DNA of 64,000 nt from Octopus vulgaris (lineage: Eukaryota). The translations under genes were made by a program, and so were the position numbers. Location: the NCBI GenBank assembly GCA_951406725.2, contig OX597822.1, positions 108,810,001-108,874,000 on the forward strand, read 5' to 3'. This document shows positions 54,349 through 64,000 of this stretch, piece by piece (the first letter of the stretch is position 1; each line of letters begins with the position of its first letter). The notes below the pieces were generated by a model. It had not been told where the DNA came from. It did not search any database and saw only the letters and a list, made by a program, of their open reading frames with translations.

Positions 54349-54702
54349 GGTGCAGGAGTGGCTGTGTGGATCTGGGTTCAGTCCCACTGCGTGGCACTTT
54401 GGGCAAGGGTCTTCAACTATAGCCTCGGGCCGACCAAAGCCTTGTGAGTGGATATGGCACATGGAAACTGAAAGAAGCCCGTCGTATATATATATATATG
54501 TGTGTGTGACTATGTTTGTCCCCACCATCGCTTGACGACCAATTTTGGTGTGTTCATGTCCCCGTATCTTAGCGGTTCAGCAAAAGAGACCGATAGAATA
54601 AGTACCAGGCAGGCTTACGAAGAATAAGTTCTGGGGCCGATGTGTTCGACTAAAGGTGGGGCCCCAGCATGGCAACGGTCAAATGACTGAAACAAATAAA
54701 AG
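54349..54702 (+). mobile_element. SINE family B with a ~30-nt deletion after the A box
   Basis: gcaggagtggctgtgtgg|atctgggttcagtcccactgcgtggcac...gactgaaacaaataaaag. Confidence 0.88.
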
Positions 54703-55305
54703 AAACTACAAGCATCATCATTTTCACCATCCTCATCATCAGTGTCGTCGTCCTCCTCCACCTCATCATCATCATCATTGGCATCCTCAGTCGAAATAGC
54801 AGGAGCAGCGACAGCAGCAGCCTGAATAGATGTAATAGCAGCATCGATACCACGACCACTGTTATCTATAACACAATCAAAATCGACATCACCTATAGCA
54901 ACGATTATATTATTGTTGACTAAGTACTCGGAAACTTCAATACATCCTTACTCGCTCATCTTTATCATCAAACAAATGTTAGACATCATAAATTTTTTTT
55001 TTTTTTACTGGTTGACATAGCATTTGGATACAGTTGTGTGCGTGTAGTAGTATCTGTGTGTGTAGTTGTATGTGTGTGTATGTGTGTGTCTGAGTGTGTT
55101 TGTGTAACTCAGTAAGTTGTGAAGTGTGTACGTGTGGGGATGTACGTGTATTTGAACGTAGATGTAACTATATATATATATATATATATATAATTATTTG
55201 TCTGAGTGTGTATGTAAGCGTGCGATTCAATAATCTGTTTCTGGGGATTTGTGTGTACAGTTCCCTTTGTGCCTGTGTGAGTTTATACATATATATATAT
55301 ATATT

Positions 55306-55342
<37 letters not shown>

Positions 55343-55387
55343 ATATATATTTATATATATATATTTATATATGTATATATATATTTA

Positions 55388-55459
<72 letters not shown>

Positions 55460-56334
55460 TGAGTCTACGTTTTGAGTGATGTGTGTTTGTGTGTGTTTTG
55501 TGTTTGTTCGCTTGGACAATGTATGTTTAATTTATGTGATACGAAAATACAGAGTTTTGCTAAAATACCATCGCCAAAGCAACCAAGAGAGCAGTAACAA
55601 TAATAACCGACGTATCAGCTAAAACAACAGAGGCGCTGACAATAGCATAGTGGACAGATCGATGCTTGCCTTTTTGTATAGTAATAATTCATGTAGGGTT
55701 ACACATGATCTATAGACACGCAACCACATAAACACTCGTACATAATTGAAGCAAGAAAAGTAGCAGAAGTAGCAGCAGCAGCAGCAGCAGTAGCAGCAAC
55801 AACATCAACAATAAACGTGGCTTAATCATTATCAATGATTACTAGACATAATAAATGGCAATGTTATGTCTATGTTTACTTCATGCCACTCAAAGAATCT
55901 GACCTTTTGTAAGATTTCAGTTTTGGAGAAAATATACACTGGTGGACACGTAAACAAGAGTGCGTATGGGTAGACTTCAGACTGACGAACGTTGGAATAT
56001 CATTATAATATCATGTGAGATTCCGAAGATTTTGTTCGATTTCTGGTGGATAAATACACAAATTCGTATGGGGTTTAACTATTTAACTTATTTAACTAAT
56101 ATACTTCGTACACGGCGATAAATATGCAAAGGTTGTAATATTTTAGTGCTCATTAATTTTGATTAAAGATTTACTGTCACTTCAGATGAAAAATATCAAG
56201 AAATTTAAACTAAATACCGCATTTCATGGGCACTTTCGACAAATGTTCATTTTCTTTTGTATACTTGCATAAACATTCATAAATATGCACGCGTTTATGC
56301 AAAAATTAGCTAGTTTTGCATATTGAATATCATG

Positions 56335-56760
56335 AGACTCTTTGCGTCTTCTCTCTAGGGAGTAGATCCTTACTGCATTCAGCATCTCCCTGCAGCCCAT
56401 ATAGTGTACCGAGTCAATCTTTTCTTGTGTAGCGGCGTCCAAATTCCAAGAAGTCACAAATCTGTACTGTACAAGTTTCGACGGCGATATTTATGGCTGC
56501 CTCAGTGCATCAAACTCACAGCCGAATTCGATAAACTCCAACGGCAATAGACGAAAAAGTTTGAAACAGATGATCTACTGGGAGAGAAGACGCGAAAGAT
56601 ATGCAATGATAAACAAATGGAAAGTCCTGAAGAATCTAATTCCCAATTTTGCGAAGGAAAGCTGTCCCAACCACCAAAGAGACGGCTCTGCATAGTATAA
56701 GTGATCTGGTATTTGTCATCAGCACTTAGGACTCAGTAATGTAACAAGAGTCTTCGGGTA
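56335..56760. mobile_element. Two divergently oriented CR1/L2-group LINE 3' fragments
   Basis: Minus: KIDSV..MLNAVRIYSLERRR; plus: W.P..IK...LQR..TKK..RRRERYAMINKWKVLKNLIPNF. Confidence 0.55.
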
Positions 56761-57474
56761 GAGATAATACCTTAGTTTCCGGCAAAACCAGCTTTAATCA
56801 TGGAGGAGTACACTGGTTTTCACCTGACACACACCTTTGGATGCAAGACCATTCTTATCTACACAACAGCAACTGCTTCTCCCAGCAGGCAAAACCCAGT
56901 GAAGGGCTGAAAGCTTGAAGAAAAAGTGGGCACCACTAATATATGATAGAGATGGAGACTGAGTTTGATGCAGTGAATATCAGTTTGGGGGATAGTAAAG
57001 AAAGGGAATAAAAGGTGAAAAGATAGTGGAACAGTGAAAAAGTTTCGAAACTGGAAAAAGGGAAGGCAACAGTAAAGCGGTATATGAAGCTCTCAATATC
57101 CTAGCATAAAAATTGAAGAATATCACCACTGTCAATGTTATCAAAATAGGCCTGCACCTAACGGATGAGAATAGTGTCTTTAAAAAAATGTTACTTTCAA
57201 GACAGTACTTCCTGATACACAAAACATTTCGGGTGTTTTCGTTACGATCACCAACAATTTGATCTCTTTAAAAGTCCGATAGATCTCGTCATTTAAATGA
57301 ATTTTAAATACAATTTTCTGATTATATCTAAAAAGAAACAGCAATTTTAGCAAAACATTAAGCAACACTAATAATAAATCAAAAAACAATAAACGAGCGT
57401 TTGACGGCAATATAGATATTTCAAAATTATTATGGTATGATACTAGGTGTGTCCATTACTTTGTTCAACCCCTG

Positions 57475-57563
<89 letters not shown>

Positions 57564-57763
57564 ATATAAATATACCTATAATTTAGTGCGTGCTTCTTTT
57601 TCGGATTTATACTTTCCCGACTATATATATGTGTGTGTTTGTGCGTGTGTTTGTGTGTCTGAAAGAAAATGTTTGGACGACAATCGGAATGATCCAATCT
57701 GGTCATATAAAATGCAACTTGTAACCGTTCCCCGTTTTAATACCTCCTCTTTGCTATTGGTGT

Positions 57764-58144
57764 GGAGGCGCAATGGCCCAGTGGTTAGGGCAGCGGACTC
57801 GCGGTCATAGGATCGCGGTTTCGATTCCCAGACCGGGCGTTGTGAGTGTTTATTGAGCGAAAACATCTAAACGCTCCACGAGGCTCCGGCAGGGGATGTT
57901 GGTGATCCCTGCTGTACTCTTTCACCACAACTTTCTCTCACTCTTACTTCCTGTTTCTGTTGTACCTGTATTTCAAGGGGCCGGCCTTGTCACTCTCTGT
58001 GTCACGCTGAATATCCCCGAGAACTACGTTAAGGGTGCACGTGTCTGTGGAGTGCTCAGCCTCTTGCACGTTAATTCCACGAGCAAGCTGTTCCGTTGAT
58101 CGTATCAGCTGGGACCCTCATCGTCGTAACCGACGGAGTGCTCC
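57764..58144 (+). mobile_element. tRNA-derived SINE family C, 13-bp TSD
   Basis: A box tggcccagtgg, B box ggtttcgattccc; TSD tctttgctattgg at 57748-57760 / 58155-58167. Confidence 0.88.
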
Positions 58145-58869
58145 TATCTACCTATCTTTGCTATTGGATAACTTCAGCGATGCACACACGCAAGCAATCA
58201 CTTTGGCCTACACAACGATCGTACAATAATTGTTTTGTTTTTTTATTTCATCTGACGCAACTTAAACCCCTAAAATATTTTATATATGCTCTCCTTTTCC
58301 AACTCAGCAATAAAAAATACTATTTAATCAGTGTAAATTAACTAATCTGTCCTTGTTATGTCCAGCCGTAAATATACGACTCTCTTCCCAATTTAAATAA
58401 CATAGACTTTTATTCCGTATGAAATATATTTTGCTCTACAGAGCTGACCAAACTTGCAATAAAATATATTATCTTCTATTAGCTGAACACAAAATTCCTA
58501 TTAACTACGGATGTATATTGCAATAAATTTGTCGCATAATATTTATGTGTGACATATTACATAATGTACACGTTTCAATAACATTTTCTATAACACTAAT
58601 TACTAAAGACACAAATATCTTGATTGATCCAAAGTGAAAAAAATGGAAGTTTTTTTGTTTTCTTTATGAAATGCATATATGCGTATATATATGCGTTTGT
58701 TTTATTTAAGTTCATATGAAGAGAGTTCAATATGGTTTCTAACAAAGCAGCAAGTTCTTTCGAGTTAAAGTGAATTTCCGGTGTTTGTAAATTTGTGGTT
58801 GAGTTGGTGTCTTAAGTTGAACTGAGAATGCATATGCACAAGTGTGTTCGCCCATTCATCTAACGTCTC

Positions 58870-59700
58870 TCAGGCAGAAAATCTTTGGAATGTCTTAATT
58901 TTTTTCCCTGTGCCACTAATAGATTAGATTTAGAGAATGTGTGTCAGTGTCATCGAAAAACCTACAATTACTAAGTTTTTGTGTAAATTTGTACGTACTT
59001 AGGCTAATGCATCTATAATAATTACAACACATTGAAAATATATATTTAGGATACAGGAGCTCTAAGTTTCGCATTAATTCACCATAAACATTCTCTTTTG
59101 TTTGTGCTTTTGATAGTACATTCACACACGATAGGTAGGCTGATCTCTACAAGGGAACACGGTTTTGTTCCCTCAGAGAACAATTTCAGATCTGTTATCT
59201 TTGCCCCGGGTTGCTGTTTTTAATGGAACATTCTACCAGTATTCCTTGACTGGAGTAACTGCATGGTGGTTTTGACATGCTTTGACATATATTTCAAAGC
59301 AACACATCCGGCAGATTACACTGTAAATATTCTTTACAAGTATATCATGCTTCACTATTTCAAATCCAATGCAAGACATAATGCTATAGAGGTATTAAAA
59401 GAAATCCTACATTTTAACAACACCGGGACAGTATGTATAAGTGCATCGAAACGAATGTAAACACAAATATCATAGCGACGTATGTTGTCAGTGTCCTATT
59501 GCAAACGATGAGCATATTATCCAACATTTGCAGAGTGATCCAAATAGCGGTAAAATTTTGTAAAGCAGAATTGTAAACCATATTTGAATATTCCAGAACT
59601 ACTCATCGTCAAGAAAGCAAAAGCTGAGATATTATACCTGGAGAAGCAACCCGCGCATATTGTAGTATTCTGAACATGAATTAGGAGCAGAGCTAACAAG
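58870..59700 (-). mobile_element. Decayed RLE-type LINE 3' fragment
   Basis: EYW*NVP.KTA, KENVYGELMRNLELLYPKY.F..IIIDAL. Confidence 0.5.
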
Positions 59701-61409
59701 AACTTTACGTCAATTATTCTTCATTGGGAGGAGAAATACGCTTCCTGTTTTCTACAATAGCCGAGCCAAATGCGCTTTCATTCCCAGCTGCCTCTGCAGT
59801 ATTTTAGGAAAGGATAGCTCCAAATTATGGCCAATAGCATCATTAACTATATTGCCCCTTGATTGTGTCTTGCTTTGGAACACAAAATGAGCCCATAACC
59901 ATGGCAGATGTGACATGGAGTAAAATATGGTTAGATTGGATCAACAATGATATTACCCCGCAAGAATGGACAATAGGAGAATTGTAACCAGTTGCAGGTA
60001 CTGTGAAGAAGGTCTGAAATTTAAAATCTTGGATAGAGTACAGAGCGGCAAATACAGTGTGAGGAAAACACGTATATGTTGTCTGTCCTGGTAGCATAAC
60101 TCAGTAACTCGACAAATGAAACAAAAGTTGATAATGGTTTCGATCTTAGGTGTATATGAGGTACGACTCATGAGTGGCAAATGAAAAGAAGTATTCATTA
60201 CCTGAAGGGAAACTTGTCGACAACCTGTACATAACAGAAACAAACCTACATACACACAGACAGACACACACAAACATACACACTGACACACACACATGCA
60301 TGTGTGCGAAATAAATTTTAGAAGGGAGAGATTAATATTAGATTCGGAGTCTCATCTAGCTCACCAACATCGGACTGTCTGATGAAGGTCAGGAAAATGA
60401 ACTATCAAATTCACTGTCAAATTTATCCTTGTATAAGATAATATGTGCTCTAGAAAAATGTATTTTGTACTCCTTCGTGTTAATCTTATAATGATTTTGT
60501 ATATAACTTGGCATCAAAACAAAACTCTTTTTCCTAACCTCGCTAGTGTTACAGACTGCCCAGCATTGGATTGGATGACAGAATAGCAGAAACCTCGTAA
60601 GAGTAAATTCAACGCCTTGAAGACCTCACTGTTACCTTCTCGGCTTACCTGGCTATGATAAAAAATAATTACCGGTAAAGGATGCCACGGCGCAGGGAGA
60701 TATTAATACATGTGTGTGGGGAGATTTGTGTGTATATTTACAGTTGCATAATACATTTCGACACAACCATAATGATGCCAATAATAGTCATAAGTAGAGT
60801 TCATTGATTCGACCTGGGTAAAAACATTACCGTTTCTACCAGTTTATTGACGTTCGCTCCAACGACTAAAAATACCAGCCAAATCATGTTCAGCGTTAAA
60901 AATAACCATGTTTAAAGACGAGTCGATTGAGGTTGTTTAGTTTATATTGGGTATGAGAGAAAAATAATTCAAGTGACGTCAACGTGGAATGGCTTTAATG
61001 GTAGGTTTCTTCGACTATTGCGAACATGAAAACTAAGGAACGACAGCAAGAACTACCAAAGCCAATTGCTCGGGGCATTGAGTCTAGAGATCACGTCACT
61101 CGCTCGATATATGGATAATCAAATTGGCGTTTCCCATATGATTATAAGCATTGCATCAAAGAAGCAAGAAATAGGTTAAGACAAGAGATTTTCGGCCAAA
61201 ATGCATATCTCTATTAAATTCTTATACTAGTGTTCGCAGTTGAAACAGTAGGTGATGGGGGTAAATTTTCGCTTTTCATCCTTCAGGAATCAATACCTCC
61301 ATACCGAATAATTATATAGTGGGATCGATTAAGTCTCTAATAGATTATAGGTCTGCCTTGGAACAATTTCCTTTCAGTGTAACTAATGAAAAGTTAACAG
61401 AAACATATG

Positions 61410-61478
<69 letters not shown>

Positions 61479-61617
61479 TCAAATGTGCGCGCGTGTGTGT
61501 GTCTTGCGTTTATGTAAAATCAATGATTTGTTCAATAACTGCTCTGATATCCCTGCTAGACGATCAGTTAGGTAGCGAAATAAGGATTATAAAAGTTCTT
61601 GCTTCAATCTATCTATC

Positions 61618-61648
<31 letters not shown>

Positions 61649-62057
61649 ATCTATCTCTGTGTGTGACTGTCTGTCTGTCTCTCTCTCTCGCTAGCTATCT
61701 TTCTTGATATATCCATATATATGTGCACACATTGACGTTTACACATGCGGGAATAGAATAGCAAAACAAATGATCGCTCCAAACTATAGATGTAGTTTAT
61801 ACGTGTAGGTATATTACTGGCGCTTGTTATATGTTTTGCAGTATTGAAGAAGTTTGCTTCATTTGTATCCTTGAGCATAAGACACATTACTTATTATCTT
61901 ACAAACGAAAAAATAAATACGCCCTCGCATTAACCCATATCTGCACCGCTCTAGAAATTACACACGGTGCATGGAATTAAAGTACCGAATGAGAGGTTCA
62001 ACCGCAAGCTCTTTGAAATAACTGAAACCACATTAAATATTCATGTTGTATGAATAT

Positions 62058-62455
62058 TTAATGTGGTTTTAGAGTCAAGTTTTCGCGACGTGTCCTTTTC
62101 AGCTCCATGAGGCTGTTGCTCCCTTCCAAAACGATCGCTGCGAGAATCCACCACAGGTGTGCCTCTGGTGGTATCGCAGCGATCTTTATGCACCCCATCC
62201 TCCTTCCTATATAGAATGGATAGAACAGATATTTTTCACCCCGACAGGGAACCACGGAGTGTTTGCCGTCCAGAGTTTCAGATTTAAAGAGCACTGAATT
62301 TCCCGCAAACTATTTTTCCCTCGCTTATATACAAAATGGCGGCTATTATTTCTTTCAGTGCCCTTTCTACGTCTGCCTGGGTAACCATCTCTGGCCGCTT
62401 CTTTTTTACGGAAACGAATCTGTAAAACACTTTTCTTTTTTCTTTCTGTCAACAC
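62058..62455 (-). pseudogene. Fragment of the same ORF1-like family, copy 5
   Basis: VERALKEIIAAILYISEG..VLFKSE..KHSVVP..YLFYPFYIGRR..IKIAAIPPEAHLWWILAAI aligns with FLPNYMG..GLPPGIEPEWI of copy 3. Confidence 0.65.
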
Positions 62456-62761
62456 CTCGCTGGTTGCGGATGGCGATATTAGTTGGCGCCTTTCCCAGTC
62501 TTTTTAATTTAGCTGCCTTCAATTATACAGATGTCTTTCTGAAGCAGATGCATACAACAATATCCTTTGCGTCTCGTTGCTGTTGTAGCGAATGTAGTCT
62601 GGTTCATATTCTTGTCATTTATTTCGGTATAATTCGTTGTACCGGTGGCGGTGATGTAGTTAGTTGTAGTCGAGAAACTGGCGTCATGTGCTGTCGTTTG
62701 GTTATTCGATGTAGTTGTAGTGGTGGCAGAGTCGTCTGTGGTCATGATACTTTTCTGCTCT

Positions 62762-62952
62762 AGGCAAAGGGCTCGAAATTTGGAGGGGAGGCAACCAATC
62801 GATAAGATCGACCCCAGTACGCTACTGTTACTTAATCTATCGACCTCGAAAGGATGAACGGCAAAGTGGAATTTGAACTTAGAACGTAAAGACAAATGAA
62901 ATACCGCTAAGTATTTCGCCCTGTGTGCTAACGTTTCTGGCAGCTCAACACC
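62762..62952 (-). mobile_element. SINE family A copy
   Basis: Reverse complement of gagctgccagaaacgttagcac..gcgaaatacttagcggtatttc. Confidence 0.75.
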
Positions 62953-63451
62953 TTACGTGTTCTTGATACTACTGGTACGAGCGTTTTGTTTTTTTGAGTT
63001 AGAGTATTCCATTGAATTGGAGGAAATTCAGCTTCGTAGTTTCTGATGTCGCTAAAAGTATTGGTATTATGTTTTGACGTGTCTGCAATTTCGTGAGTGG
63101 GCATTTGAACACGCTGTGTGCTTGCCTCTCTTTCTATTTATGAGTAGTGGGCTGAGGCCAGTACGGCATCTTGCAACTCTCTATTTCAAAAACCTCTCAC
63201 CTCCTCTTCTATGTTCTTCAACAAGGCTGGTTTCGTTAAATGTGTTTTCTTTTTAAATCAATTTTCAAACAATAAATTTAAGATTACTGTTGATACAAAG
63301 GCCACTCACAAGACAAAGCGGCCCACCTATGCAAAGGTGGTGCTTTAGCAAAACGTTTAGTAAAAACAGTAAGCAATTAACAAATTTTGGAAAGAAAATT
63401 TTGGAGAAACACTTACGATGAGAGAAACAACTTCATTCCGTCGGGACGATA

Positions 63452-63945
<494 letters not shown>

Positions 63946-64000
63946 CCTCTCTAAGATAGGCAGATGACCTGAGATTTGGGGATAAAGGTCTAGTCGATCT

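Noticed and set aside
57764-57840. tRNA gene
   Set aside because: A and B boxes continue into a SINE body with a TSD; no proper cloverleaf.

Overview
AT-rich eukaryotic (animal) non-coding DNA. The microsatellite load and tRNA-derived SINE families resemble an octopus/coleoid cephalopod genome (inference). I find no convincing host-gene exon, and most ORF-track entries are translations of (TA)n, (CA)n and (AAT)n repeats. The window is a nested mosaic of decayed mobile elements: Tc1/mariner fragments, non-autonomous Helitrons, RLE-type (Dong/R4-like) LINE fragments in (TAA)n, several SINE families and a degenerate U6 copy. Three things stand out. (1) Five diverged copies of one gag/ORF1-like family (single CCHC knuckle where that region survives), none with an ORF2. 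One is a complete ~2 kb element with a TSD, and two independent copies end at the same nucleotide of the same SINE family, suggesting an ORF1-only, SINE-targeting non-LTR element. (2) Several unrelated (TA)n-embedded fold-back mini-elements share an arm-spacer-arm-tail layout, and most carry minimal or variant type-I hammerhead motifs (Penelope/retrozyme-like). (3) A ~5.6 kb palindrome (24269-29899) is centred on a phased A4T4 satellite and a small hairpin. All alignments were done by eye, so coordinates may be off by a few bases.
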